Positions 26,005 to 35,806 of a stretch of DNA of 56,859 bases are shown here, piece after piece (positions within the stretch are counted from its first letter, which is position 1; each line of letters starts with the position of its first letter). The position numbers and the translations under genes were made by a program. Origin of the DNA: a virus (Duplodnaviria; Caudoviricetes); the IMG/VR virus record IMGVR_UViG_3300010371_000042, positions 1-56,859 of that record, one strand, 5' to 3'. Under the pieces are notes generated by a model. It saw nothing but the letters and a program-made list of their open reading frames with translations. It was not told the DNA's origin and did no database searches.

Positions 26005-27718
26005 ACGCGTCCTTCCGGGCGCCGACGTCGAGATCGACGACGCGCAGCGCCTCGCGCTCGCGCTCGAGCGACTGACGGAGCTCGAGCTCGCGCGCCTCTC
26101 CCGCCCGGGCTCGCGCTTCGTCGACTTCGCACCGGCCTTCCTGGGCCTCGAGCTGACCGAGGCGCAGGCGGCGATCACGAGCGTCCTCTTCGACGGGTGC
26201 GCGCCGCCGCCGAAGTACGTCGACAGCATCTTCGGCGGCCTGCGCACGGCGCCCGATCCGAGTGCCCTCGTGACGGTGGAGCACGTCGGCGGCCGCGGGG
26301 GAGGCAAATCGCGCGTGCTCATCGCCGGGCGCGCACTGCATCTCGCGCTCTCGGTCGACCTCTCGTCGCTCTCCGTCGGCGAGGCGGCCCTCGTTCCGAT
26401 CATCGCGCCCGATCAGCGCGCGTCGCGGCGCACGCTCGCCTTCGTGAAGGGTGTTTTCCAGGCGAAGCCCGTGCTCGCGCGGCTCCTGCACTACGAGGAG
26501 ACGCTCGACGTCGTCCGGATCGTGCGCCCCGATGGCCACCCGGTGACGATCGAGTCCCGCCCGGCGACGGGAGGCGGCAAGGCGGTGCGCGGTGCGCCCC
26601 TCGCGGGCGTCATGATGGAGGAGGCGGCTTTCTTCGGAGACGAGGGCTACGAGGTCTCCGACATCGAGATCTACCGCGCCGCGCGCCCGCGCCTCCTGCT
26701 AGGCGCCCAGATCGTCATCGTCTCGTCGCCGTGGGCGCAGGCGGGGCTCGTGTGGGATCTCTTCAAGGAGAACCACGGCGCGCCGAAGCGCGCGACGGTG
26801 TCGCGGGCCTCGACGCTCACCATGAACCCGTCGCCGGAGACGGAGGCGATGGTCCGTCTCGAGCGAGAGTCGGATCCGGACAACGCCGCGCGCGAGTTCG
26901 ACGCCGAGTTTCTCTCCGCCGACGCCGAGCGATTCTTCCCCGAGGCGCTCATCGAGCGCTGCATCGACCGAAGCCTCGTGGTGCTCGACGACGAGCCCGT
27001 GCTCGAGGTCCGACCGGGCGAGACGGTGCGGTTTGGCGGCGACTTCGCCTTCGACGTCGACTCGTCGGCGCTCGTCGGGTGGGTGCTCCGATCATTCTCC
27101 GAGGCACCGAAGCCGCCGATCGAGCGCTTCGTGTGCTGCGAGCTGCGTGAGTGGCGACCCACGCCGAGCATGCACCTCGTCCCGAGCGAGGTGGTGCACG
27201 ACGCCGCCCGGCGCGTGGCGCGCGCGGGGGCGAAGCTCGTCGTCGCCGACGCCCACTACCGGCGGGCGATCGAGGAGCACCTCGCGGAGCACTCCCTGGG
27301 GCTCGTGTCGACGCTCGGGACCACCGCGGAAGCGTGCCTCGTCGTGCGCGCGCTCATGGCGCAGGATCGCGTGCGCTTCCCGTCGCACCCGCGTCTCCTC
27401 CTGCAGCTCCGGCGCGTGCGATCGACCCACAAGCCCGGGGGGCAGATCTCGATCCATCAGCCGCGGACGCGCGACGGTGGGCACGGCGACATCGTCTCGG
27501 CGATGGTCGCCGGCCTCTCGGGGGTCGATCTGAAGTCCAAGGCCCCCGCCATCGCCCCCCGAACGCAGCTCGAGGCCGAGGTGCGCGCGAACGAGGAGCG
27601 CCGGCAGCGGATCTACCGCGAGCGCGAGAAGGAGCAGCGCCGGTCCGACCAGCGTCTCGCGCGGACCCTCCGGCGAGTTGTACCGTCCGCCCTGCTGCGG
27701 CAGCTTCGGGGCTCATGA
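25973..27718 (+). CDS. terL: Terminase large subunit
   Basis: Walker A GGRGGGKS, Walker B VMMEEAAF, motif C VSSP, REFDAEF, nuclease GGDFA...D and HGDIVSA. Confidence 0.92.
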   Translation: MPIRSRRRQPERVLPGADVEIDDAQRLALALERLTELELARLSRPGSRFVDFAPAFLGLELTEAQAAITSVLFDGCAPPPKYVDSIFGGLRTAPDPSALVTVEHVGGRGGGKSRVLIAGRALHLALSVDLSSLSVGEAALVPIIAPDQRASRRTLAFVKGVFQAKPVLARLLHYEETLDVVRIVRPDGHPVTIESRPATGGGKAVRGAPLAGVMMEEAAFFGDEGYEVSDIEIYRAARPRLLLGAQIVIVSSPWAQAGLVWDLFKENHGAPKRATVSRASTLTMNPSPETEAMVRLERESDPDNAAREFDAEFLSADAERFFPEALIERCIDRSLVVLDDEPVLEVRPGETVRFGGDFAFDVDSSALVGWVLRSFSEAPKPPIERFVCCELREWRPTPSMHLVPSEVVHDAARRVARAGAKLVVADAHYRRAIEEHLAEHSLGLVSTLGTTAEACLVVRALMAQDRVRFPSHPRLLLQLRRVRSTHKPGGQISIHQPRTRDGGHGDIVSAMVAGLSGVDLKSKAPAIAPRTQLEAEVRANEERRQRIYREREKEQRRSDQRLARTLRRVVPSALLRQLRGS

Positions 27719-28080
27719 AGCGCACTTCGAAGAGCGCGCCCGGGCGCATGAGCGCCGACGACGTGCTCCGGCTCATGGCCGGCATGCGTCAGCACGGCGT
27801 CGCATGCGTCGAGTTCGAGGGCTGCAAGCTCGCGCTCGTGCCGGACCGCGCCGTCGGAGGCCAGCAGACGCCCGCGCCGCGACCGACGGCCGCGCTGGCG
27901 ACGGCCGGGATCGCGCAGGCCAAGGCGACGCTCGAGCAGCAGCGGATCGCGCGCGCCTCGCGCCGCGCCGGCGCCGACCTCGGCGCGCAGACCGGCAAGT
28001 CGCTCACGAAGCTCGTGGAAGACGTCGTCGACGAAGCCAGCAAGCCCGAGACGGAGACGCCCATCGCCCGCTCCCCGTGA
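27715..28080 (+). CDS. Hypothetical protein between TerL and portal
   Basis: ATGA/GTGA coupling. Confidence 0.7.
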   Translation: MKRTSKSAPGRMSADDVLRLMAGMRQHGVACVEFEGCKLALVPDRAVGGQQTPAPRPTAALATAGIAQAKATLEQQRIARASRRAGADLGAQTGKSLTKLVEDVVDEASKPETETPIARSP

Positions 28081-30059
28081 TCGGCGGGTGGTCGTCGTAC
28101 TACGGGGCGGACGCGATCCGCTGGTGGCCCGACGTCGACGGGTCGGAGTTCGACGGCTCGCCGTCGACGCCTCGGCACGAAAAGCTCATCCCCGCCGCCT
28201 ACCTGGTGTGGATGCGCAACGCCGCCCGGCGGGCGCAGTGGTTCTACTACGCGCGCCTTTACGGGGGCTTCGACCAAGCGCTCGCGGGCCCCATCGGGGG
28301 CCTCGATCCGATCTCCACGATCCCGGGCAGCGCGCCGTACAACGTGATCCGGTCGACGACGAACACGCTCACCGCGAAGGTCATCAAGAACCGGCCGAGC
28401 CCCTACTTCTTGCCCGTCGACGCGGACTCCAAACTTCGCAAGCGGGTCCAGTACCTGAATCGCTTCAGTGTGGGCCTGCTACGCAAGCATGCCTACTACC
28501 GCAAGCGGCACATCCAAGTGCGCGACGCGGGCCTCTTCGGCACCGGTCATCTGCTCGTCGCCCGCGATCGACGTCGTATCAGCATCGAGAATCTTCTCCC
28601 GTGGGAGGTGAACGTCGACCCGTCGGAGGCCCGGTACAACGACCCGCGAACGCTCTACTTGATCCGCTTCCTGGACAAGGGCGTGCTCAAGATGCGGTAC
28701 CCGAAGCATGCCGACGACATCGAGTCGGCCCCGGTGCTCGACGAGGCCTTCCAGCCGGTCTCCGACGTCTTCGCGATGAGCAATCGGTGCACCGTCGTGG
28801 AGGCGATCCACCTCCCGAGTGGCCCCGGGGCGCTCGACGGTCGCCGCACAGTGTGTCTCCTCGACGCGACGCTGTCCGACAAGCGGTACGACCGGCCCGA
28901 CTTCCCGATTTCACGCCTCGTGAAGGACCCCTCGATCTCCGGGTGGTGGGGCCTCGGCATGGGCGATGAGCTCTCCGGATTCCAGGACCGGATCTCGATG
29001 ATGGACGAGCGCCTCGAGTACGCGCATCGCACGGTGGGCGGCCAGTTCTGGCTCGTGCCCGAGGGCTCCCAGATGCTCGACGCCGACTTCACCGATGACA
29101 TCGGCGTCACGATCCGGCACACGCCGGGCCTCCCTCCGGTGGCCGTCAACCCGGAGCCGGTGAACGAGCAGACGTACGACTACTTCCGCCAGCTCATCGT
29201 CGATCCGTACTCCTTCTCGGGCGTCTCCACGATGAGCGCCCAGAGCCAGAAGCCCGCGGGCGTGACGGCGGCGCTGGCGCTGCAGACGCTCGATGACATC
29301 GAGACGGACCGCTTCATCGGATTCCAGCGAGACGACGAAGAGTGCGTCCTCGACACGACGCGGCTTGCGCTCCACGAGGTGCGTGAGGTCGCGCGTCGGT
29401 ATGGCGACTTCGAGGTCCTCTCGGCGGGCCGCGGCGCCGGCGAGAAGATCCTCTGGAAGCGCGACGTCGACCTGGAAGAGGACAGCTACGTCGCGCAGGA
29501 GTGGGCGATCTCGCTGCTCCCGAAGACGCCCGCGGCGAAGCTGCAGCGCCTCCTCGAGCTCGGGGCGAATGGCTATTTCGATAAACCGACGGTGCTCCGA
29601 TACATGGAGCTTCCCGACACGACGCAGGAAGAGGCGCTCATGCTCTCGCCGCGCGACGTGTGCGACGCGCAGATCGCCGCGATGCTCTCGCACGAGGATC
29701 CGTTCTCCGAGCAAGCCTTCCTGCCGCCGAGCGAGCACCAGGACTGCGACTACGCGCTCCAGCGCGCGGACGCCTTCTACAACAAGATCAGCGCCGACGC
29801 AGTCGACAAGGGCACGTGGCACGACCCGCTGCTCCAGCGTCGCCTCAGGAACCTCGACAAGTACATGCAGCTCGCGAAGGCCATCGTCGACAAGGCGAAG
29901 GCCGAAGCCGCGGCGCTTCAGGCGCAGGCCGCTGCCGCGCAAGCCGCTCCCGCGGCCCCCGGCGGGCCGACCGCGCAACCCGCTTCTCCGCAGACGATCT
30001 CGCAACCAATCTCTCCGAATGCACCCGTGGCGCCGGCGCCCGCACTGGCCGCCTCCTGA
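28077..30059 (+). CDS. Portal protein
   Basis: ~660 aa after TerL; YNVIRS..TLTAKV..RP.P, FGTG, V.VDP.EA, SGVS..S..KPAG..A.AL; Q/A/P tail. Confidence 0.88.
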   Translation: MIGGWSSYYGADAIRWWPDVDGSEFDGSPSTPRHEKLIPAAYLVWMRNAARRAQWFYYARLYGGFDQALAGPIGGLDPISTIPGSAPYNVIRSTTNTLTAKVIKNRPSPYFLPVDADSKLRKRVQYLNRFSVGLLRKHAYYRKRHIQVRDAGLFGTGHLLVARDRRRISIENLLPWEVNVDPSEARYNDPRTLYLIRFLDKGVLKMRYPKHADDIESAPVLDEAFQPVSDVFAMSNRCTVVEAIHLPSGPGALDGRRTVCLLDATLSDKRYDRPDFPISRLVKDPSISGWWGLGMGDELSGFQDRISMMDERLEYAHRTVGGQFWLVPEGSQMLDADFTDDIGVTIRHTPGLPPVAVNPEPVNEQTYDYFRQLIVDPYSFSGVSTMSAQSQKPAGVTAALALQTLDDIETDRFIGFQRDDEECVLDTTRLALHEVREVARRYGDFEVLSAGRGAGEKILWKRDVDLEEDSYVAQEWAISLLPKTPAAKLQRLLELGANGYFDKPTVLRYMELPDTTQEEALMLSPRDVCDAQIAAMLSHEDPFSEQAFLPPSEHQDCDYALQRADAFYNKISADAVDKGTWHDPLLQRRLRNLDKYMQLAKAIVDKAKAEAAALQAQAAAAQAAPAAPGGPTAQPASPQTISQPISPNAPVAPAPALAAS

Positions 30060-30069
30060 AGGATCCGAC

Positions 30070-31173
30070 ATGTCCACGCCCGCCGACAAGCACAGCGCCG
30101 CGAAGGAGTCCCTGCTCGCGCGCCTGGAAGGAAAGACCGTTGTCATCCCCGGCGTCACGGGGCCGGCGCCGCAGCCGCGCGCCGAAGCGCTGTCGCCGCC
30201 GGAGGCGACCGCGCCCGCGGAGGCCGATGCCGAAGCCGGATCGGGAGATGGCGGCGAGGCGCCCGACGCAGCGTCATCCCCGCCCGCGTCCGATGGGGCC
30301 CGCGCCGAGCGACCCGCGAGCCGCCTGCAGCGCGCCGTGGAGCTCCAGCGTCGCGCGGATGAAGCGCGCACGCGCAGCCGACGGGAGGCCCAGAAGATCC
30401 GCGAGCGCGATCAGGCCTCGGAGGACCGTGCGCGCGAGGCGGAGAGTCGCGCGAAGCGCGCGGCGAACCTCGAGCGAGGCGTGCGCGAGCGCGAGGGCGC
30501 TCTTCAGCGCGAGATCGATCTGATCAGGACGAACCCGATCGAGTTCGCGCGTCGGCATGGCCTGACGCAGGCAGATCTCGTCGCGTTCGGGCGCGGCGAG
30601 CGTTCGCCCGCGGAAGCTCGCGTGGAGCTCGCGCTCGAGCGGTTCCGGAAGGAGAACGACCGCCAGCTCTCGGAGATCCGCGACGCGCAGAAGAGGCTCG
30701 AGTCGGCGCGCGAGGAGGAGAGCCTCTCGGCCGCTCGCTCCGCGTTCCTCGCGCACGTGACCGGCGACGAGAAGCGCTTCGAGGCGCTCAACACCATCTA
30801 CAGCCCCGAGGAGCTCGTCGCGAAGGCGGACGCCCTCGCCGAGAAGAACGAGAAGTTGCGGTGGGGCTGGGACGGTGACAGGCTCTGCGAAGAGCTCGAA
30901 GCACGGGCCCGCAAGGACCCGCGCTGGACGCGGATCCAGTCCCGCTTCGAGCCGCGACGCGCCGCGACCGGTCAGCCGAACGCCCCCGCTGCCAAGACAC
31001 CGAACGCACCCCGATCTGGCCGCGAAGCAGCGCCCTCCGAGGAAGTCGAGGAGGACGAGCCCGTCGCGCCGCCGCCCAGGCCTCGTGCCCCCGCACGGCC
31101 GTCGATGACTCCGCAGGAGAGGCATCGCCGGCACGTCGACCGCCTTGCCGGTCGTGTCGGGCGCATCGGCTGA
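30070..31173 (+). CDS. Capsid scaffolding protein
   Basis: Highly charged coiled coil between portal and capsid. Confidence 0.75.
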   Translation: MSTPADKHSAAKESLLARLEGKTVVIPGVTGPAPQPRAEALSPPEATAPAEADAEAGSGDGGEAPDAASSPPASDGARAERPASRLQRAVELQRRADEARTRSRREAQKIRERDQASEDRAREAESRAKRAANLERGVREREGALQREIDLIRTNPIEFARRHGLTQADLVAFGRGERSPAEARVELALERFRKENDRQLSEIRDAQKRLESAREEESLSAARSAFLAHVTGDEKRFEALNTIYSPEELVAKADALAEKNEKLRWGWDGDRLCEELEARARKDPRWTRIQSRFEPRRAATGQPNAPAAKTPNAPRSGREAAPSEEVEEDEPVAPPPRPRAPARPSMTPQERHRRHVDRLAGRVGRIG

Positions 31174-31253
31174 CGCGCGCCGCCGAGTTCCCGCTGCCCA
31201 CGGCCTGAGACGTCGGAGCGGCTGCCCAGAGGGCGGCCCCGGGAGTTCGGCCC

Positions 31254-32525
31254 ATGGGATCGGGAGCGGAAACCACAACCAGTCTGAGTGCCCTCCTCAA
31301 GGAGGTGTGGCCTCAGGATCAGATTTACGACGAGCTGTGCTTTGGCATGGCGGGCTACGCCCTCATGCGCAAGGAGTTCGACCTGGCCAACGTCGTCCAC
31401 ACGGCGGTCGGCTACGGACCTTCGCAGGGCGTCAGCAACGATTTCTCGACGGCGAAGCGCAACAAGCAGCCGTCGAGCCTCGCGGGCTTCAAGATCACGC
31501 CCGGCGTCATCTACTCGCTCGAGTCGATCGACCGCCAGGCCATCGCGCTGTCTCGCGGGAACGTGCGCGCGATCATCGGGGCGCTCGACCGCGCCGCGCA
31601 GCAGGCCATCCTCGGCTGGAAGTTCTCGGCGAGCGAGCAGCTCTGGGGCAACGGCGGCGGATCGCTGGGCGTGGTCGCCAGCATCAACGGCAACCAGCTC
31701 ACGCTCACGAACGTCGACGATACGGTCAAGTTCGACATGAACATGACCGTCGACGCGGCGCCCGACGACGGGACTCCGGCGACGAACGGACCCACCGCGA
31801 CGCGAGGCGGGAGCGCCCGGATCGGAGCCGTCAACCGCGGCCTCTCGGCGACCTGGCACCTGCAGACCGCGAGCGGCAACTGGATGGATCAGTCGAACAT
31901 CCCCGGCCTGCAGGTCGGCGACTACCTCATGCGGGACGGCAACTACGGCAACGTCCTGCAGGGCATTGGCGCGTGGGTCCCCTTCGCCGACCCGGGGTCG
32001 ACCGACTCGTTCTTCTCGTGCAACCGCTCGAGCGATCCGCTCCGCCTCGCGGGCATCCGCATCGACGGGACGCGACTCACGCCGAAGCAGGCGTGCATGC
32101 GCCTCGTTCGAGAGGCCGTGCGGCATTCGGGCAACCCGACGCACGCCTTCTACAACCCGACGAACCTGGAGTCGCTCATGTTCGAGCTCCAGGCGGCCGG
32201 GAACATCCAGACCGTCAAGCAGGCGCCCGCGAGCATCGGGAGCCACGTCTTCGGCGAGCCCATCGACGGGATCCAGTTCCAGGGGACCGCGGGGCAGGTG
32301 AAGATCTTCGGCGACCCGCGCGTGCCGACGGGCAAGGTGTACGGCCTGGAGCTCGACTCCTGGTACATCTCGAGCACCGGCGATTTCCCGGTGATGGAAG
32401 CTGGCTCCGGCCTCGCGCTCTACCGCGAGGAGTGGGCGGACGGCTTCGAACTGCGAGTGCTCGCGGACCTGCAGGTCATCTGCCTGGCTCCGGGGCGCAA
32501 CGCCGTCATCAGCGTGAGCTCGTAA
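31254..32525 (+). CDS. Major capsid protein
   Basis: 423 aa after scaffold; LWGNGGGSLG, GIGAWVP...FF..NRS.DP.RLAG, C.APG.N terminal motif. Confidence 0.88.
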   Translation: MGSGAETTTSLSALLKEVWPQDQIYDELCFGMAGYALMRKEFDLANVVHTAVGYGPSQGVSNDFSTAKRNKQPSSLAGFKITPGVIYSLESIDRQAIALSRGNVRAIIGALDRAAQQAILGWKFSASEQLWGNGGGSLGVVASINGNQLTLTNVDDTVKFDMNMTVDAAPDDGTPATNGPTATRGGSARIGAVNRGLSATWHLQTASGNWMDQSNIPGLQVGDYLMRDGNYGNVLQGIGAWVPFADPGSTDSFFSCNRSSDPLRLAGIRIDGTRLTPKQACMRLVREAVRHSGNPTHAFYNPTNLESLMFELQAAGNIQTVKQAPASIGSHVFGEPIDGIQFQGTAGQVKIFGDPRVPTGKVYGLELDSWYISSTGDFPVMEAGSGLALYREEWADGFELRVLADLQVICLAPGRNAVISVSS

Positions 32526-32535
32526 GGAGGACGCC

Positions 32536-33060
32536 ATGTCTCTGACCGATCGCAGTCTTTTCAAGGCGGTTCTCCAGGGAAGCCTGACGGGGAATCGCAA
32601 CGTCTCGAACGCGGCGGACGTCGTCGCAAAGGACGCCCAACGCTTCGAGTCCGCGACCGTCGGCGACACCGCGTCGACCGCCGGCAGCGACTACGTCTTC
32701 CCGGTCGCGCGCGTCGACCGGGCAGTGATGATCAAAGAGGTGCGCGTGCTGCCCGCGGCGAACATCGCGATGGACGGAGCGAACGACCTCGCGAACTACG
32801 TGACCATCGCGTACGGGTACTCGAACGACAACAGCGGCCCGGGGCTGGGTACCACGCAGGGAAGCATCAACAACAAGCCGACGGCCAACGGTGGCGTCGG
32901 CAACATGACGGGGATGCAGAGCGTCGTCGTCGCGGCCAACTCCAACGTGAACCAGGTCGTTCCCGCGGGCAGCATGATCGCGGTCACCACGACCCACTCG
33001 GGAATCGGCATCGCGATCCCGGCGGGCACCAAGTTCCAGGTGCTCTGGGAAGAGGTCTAA
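32536..33060 (+). CDS. Putative capsid decoration protein
   Basis: RBS AAGGAGG, beta-rich, directly after capsid. Confidence 0.6.
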   Translation: MSLTDRSLFKAVLQGSLTGNRNVSNAADVVAKDAQRFESATVGDTASTAGSDYVFPVARVDRAVMIKEVRVLPAANIAMDGANDLANYVTIAYGYSNDNSGPGLGTTQGSINNKPTANGGVGNMTGMQSVVVAANSNVNQVVPAGSMIAVTTTHSGIGIAIPAGTKFQVLWEEV

Positions 33061-33063
33061 GCC

Positions 33064-33522
33064 ATGACCTTCGGCGTCAAGGCGATGCGGCGCTCCTGGG
33101 TGCCGGACCTCGTCGACATCGAGGGGTCGTTCGTCGTCTCGGGAGGAGCGATCCTCAACCCGTCGGCGTACGGCTCCACAAGCATCCGCCCGCACTGGGC
33201 GTCCGGCTTCGTGCTGGCGTACCTGGCGACAGGCGTCTACGGGGTGACGCTCGACGAGACGAGCTTCGCCTCGATCATCGACTCCTCGGCCTGGGTCAGT
33301 CCCGCTGCAGCCATCTCCGGCTCCGCGGTGCCGACCGCGAACCCCGTGCAGCTCATGATCACGGGGGACTTCCTGAGCTACTCGGCGGGCAACTACGCCG
33401 CCGACAGCACCAACTCCAAGCTCGTGATCTCGTCGACGACCGGCGGCGCGCTCGCCGACCCCTCGGCGAACTACCGCGTCTCGTTCGCGATCACGTGCTC
33501 GGAGAACCCGAACAGCCGGTGA
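33064..33522 (+). CDS. Putative virion structural protein
   Basis: Beta-rich, ATGVYGVTL pattern. Confidence 0.6.
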   Translation: MTFGVKAMRRSWVPDLVDIEGSFVVSGGAILNPSAYGSTSIRPHWASGFVLAYLATGVYGVTLDETSFASIIDSSAWVSPAAAISGSAVPTANPVQLMITGDFLSYSAGNYAADSTNSKLVISSTTGGALADPSANYRVSFAITCSENPNSR

Positions 33523-33530
33523 GGTGACCG

Positions 33531-33923
33531 ATGGCGGCGAAGGCGGCACTGATCGGGCTGATGGAGCGCATGGCCCCTCGCAAGGGGGGCCGGCGCTTCG
33601 CCGACGAGGGCGAGCCGGAGATGGACGACACGCGCGGGGGCGCATCGGCCGGGGAGCCTGACGACGACGAAGCCGAGGCCGACGAGGAGGGCCACGGCGA
33701 CGAGGGGGAGGACGCGGGCGGAGACCACCGCGCGCACTCCGACATGGCGCTTGAGGACCTCGCGGACATGGCCGGCATCGCGCCGGAGGACCGCGCGGAC
33801 TTCGGCGCTGCGCTCCGGGCCTTCGTCCACGCCGAGATCGCGGAAGCGATGAAGGGCGGCGACGACCCGGAAGAGGAAGACGAAGGCAACGAGGACGAGG
33901 AGCCCGAGCCCGAGGAGGACTGA
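33531..33923 (+). CDS. Highly acidic protein
   Basis: D/E-rich; RBS GAGG. Confidence 0.7.
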   Translation: MAAKAALIGLMERMAPRKGGRRFADEGEPEMDDTRGGASAGEPDDDEAEADEEGHGDEGEDAGGDHRAHSDMALEDLADMAGIAPEDRADFGAALRAFVHAEIAEAMKGGDDPEEEDEGNEDEEPEPEED

Positions 33924-33949
33924 CGGCGCGCGGGCGAGAGGTGTGACCG

Positions 33950-34720
33950 ATGGCCCGCACGCGCACGCTCCTGCAGCTCGCGACCGACGCCCTGCGTCTC
34001 GCGGACCTCGAGAACGCGACGTCCCGTTTCCCGACGGGCGTCGGTTCCGAGGTCTACGAGTACGTGAACAAGGGTCTCGCGCGCGTCTATGCCGAGATCA
34101 TCAAGGTCCAGGACCGGCCGTTCTACCTCACGGAGACGCCGGTCCAGATCATGCAGTCGCCCCCGCTGGGGGGAGCGTGCGTCGTGCCGCTCCCCCTCGA
34201 CTACATGCAGCTCGTGGGAGTGAACTGGGCGTCCGGCGTGAACGGCCCCTTCCTCCCCGTCGAGCCGTACCAGGACGAGGGTGAGCGCGCGCGGCTCCTG
34301 ACGAACAGCTTCGGCGGCATCGGCCTCGGAGGCTGCCGCTTCCGGTACGGCTTCGCCGCGGCGCCAGCGGCGCTCACGCAGGGCACCATCGCGACGACGT
34401 ACAGCCTGGAGATCCTGCCGACGCCCCCGGTCGGCTCGTGGCTCAGGGTCCGCTACGTCCCGACGTGTCCTCGGCTCGTCAACGACCTGGACACCTTCGA
34501 CGGGATCCTCGGCTTCGAGGACGCGGCGGCGACGTGGGCGGCGATCCTCATGCGTCGCAAGGACGACCTCGAGACCGCGGCGCTTCAGAGCGACTGGGGG
34601 CAGCACCTCGAGCGCATCCAGTCGATCGCTCGACGGCGGGACCGCTCACGGCCGCCGAAGACGCAGATCATCCGAGGGTGGGGAATGCGAGGGTTCCGAG
34701 GCCGGGGCGGACTGCTGTGA
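33950..34720 (+). CDS. Head-tail adaptor / tail tubular protein A-like
   Basis: TLLQL...ADLEN...YVN, LPLDYMQL, ILPTP...RVRYVP pattern. Confidence 0.75.
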   Translation: MARTRTLLQLATDALRLADLENATSRFPTGVGSEVYEYVNKGLARVYAEIIKVQDRPFYLTETPVQIMQSPPLGGACVVPLPLDYMQLVGVNWASGVNGPFLPVEPYQDEGERARLLTNSFGGIGLGGCRFRYGFAAAPAALTQGTIATTYSLEILPTPPVGSWLRVRYVPTCPRLVNDLDTFDGILGFEDAAATWAAILMRRKDDLETAALQSDWGQHLERIQSIARRRDRSRPPKTQIIRGWGMRGFRGRGGLL

Positions 34721-34721
34721 C

Positions 34722-35333
34722 CTACGGACAGGCGAACAGCCATGGATTCCCGGGCGTAGCGTTGCGCGGCGTGCAGCAAGCGACGATGCCGGTGGGACCG
34801 GTTGCGATGCCGCCCTCGGGCGTGATCGGCACGCATGAGTCGTGCCCTGCGCACCAGCACGCTGGCTCGTACGGGAACCCGAGCCCTTGCGGAATGCTCG
34901 TCGAGTCGACGATGGCGGTCGCCGGTCCTCCGTTGCTCGCTGCGTTGCTTGGCGCGCAGAAATGCGGGTTCGCGGCGCTGCCTTGGGCGCCCATGCACAC
35001 GGGGCATGTCTTGGCGATGCCAGGCAGCGAGAAGGTATTATCGGTCGCGCCTTCAGCGGAAGGTCCCGAAAGAAACGCCGTCACGGTGCACGAGGCGCCG
35101 AGAGCGCAAGTCCCGTCGCACGAGGATGTCCACGCGGTACCGGCATCGTCCGTGCCGGTACAGCACATCGGAAGCATCACGGGTACGTCGGAGACCGAAT
35201 CGGTAGCTGCATCGGACGTATCGCTATCGGTACTAGTGGAGGCATCGGGAAGAAGTCGCGATTCGAGGATCGATTGGCCGCCGCCGCAGCCGGCAAACGC
35301 GCACGCGAACACGAAGAGCGTTGAGGGTCTCAT
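34722..35333 (-). CDS. Cys-rich lipoprotein (antisense moron)
   Basis: Lipobox FAG-C, S/T/D linker, many Cys; only reverse-strand gene in the late operon. Confidence 0.75.
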   Translation of the reverse strand: MRPSTLFVFACAFAGCGGGQSILESRLLPDASTSTDSDTSDAATDSVSDVPVMLPMCCTGTDDAGTAWTSSCDGTCALGASCTVTAFLSGPSAEGATDNTFSLPGIAKTCPVCMGAQGSAANPHFCAPSNAASNGGPATAIVDSTSIPQGLGFPYEPACWCAGHDSCVPITPEGGIATGPTGIVACCTPRNATPGNPWLFACP

Positions 35334-35380
35334 GGATCGATGGAGTACGCGCCGCGTCCTGAAGTTCCAAGGGTGACCGG

Positions 35381-35803
35381 ATGAGCAAGCCCATCGTGCC
35401 CACCATCATCGACGCGCAGGGGAGACCATCGTCCGTCGAGCGTCACGCGCTGCGTCGTCTCCAGCCTCCCGCCCACCTGGACGACGAGACGAAGCGATTT
35501 CTTACGCAACTACAGGACAACATTGACGATGCTACCCGCGCGTCACGCAGCGATCCGACGCTCAACAAGGTCATTCTGCAGGCCCAGAAGGCCACCGGGA
35601 AGGCGGGGTCGCCGGCGACCATGACCATCCGGCATGGGCTCGGGCGACCGTTCACGGGCTACCGGATCACGCGCTCATACGCCGGGAGCGACGTCTTCGC
35701 GGCTGTCGACGCTGCGAGCAACGGAGGCAAGGACCCGACGCAGTACCTCGTCCTCTCGGCGAGTTGCACCGGCACCTACGACGTTGAGATTTTCGCGGGG
35801 TAG
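35381..35803 (+). CDS. Putative tail accessory protein
   Basis: IRHGLGRPFTGY motif common in phage tail proteins. Confidence 0.7.
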   Translation: MSKPIVPTIIDAQGRPSSVERHALRRLQPPAHLDDETKRFLTQLQDNIDDATRASRSDPTLNKVILQAQKATGKAGSPATMTIRHGLGRPFTGYRITRSYAGSDVFAAVDAASNGGKDPTQYLVLSASCTGTYDVEIFAG

Positions 35804-35806
35804 GAG

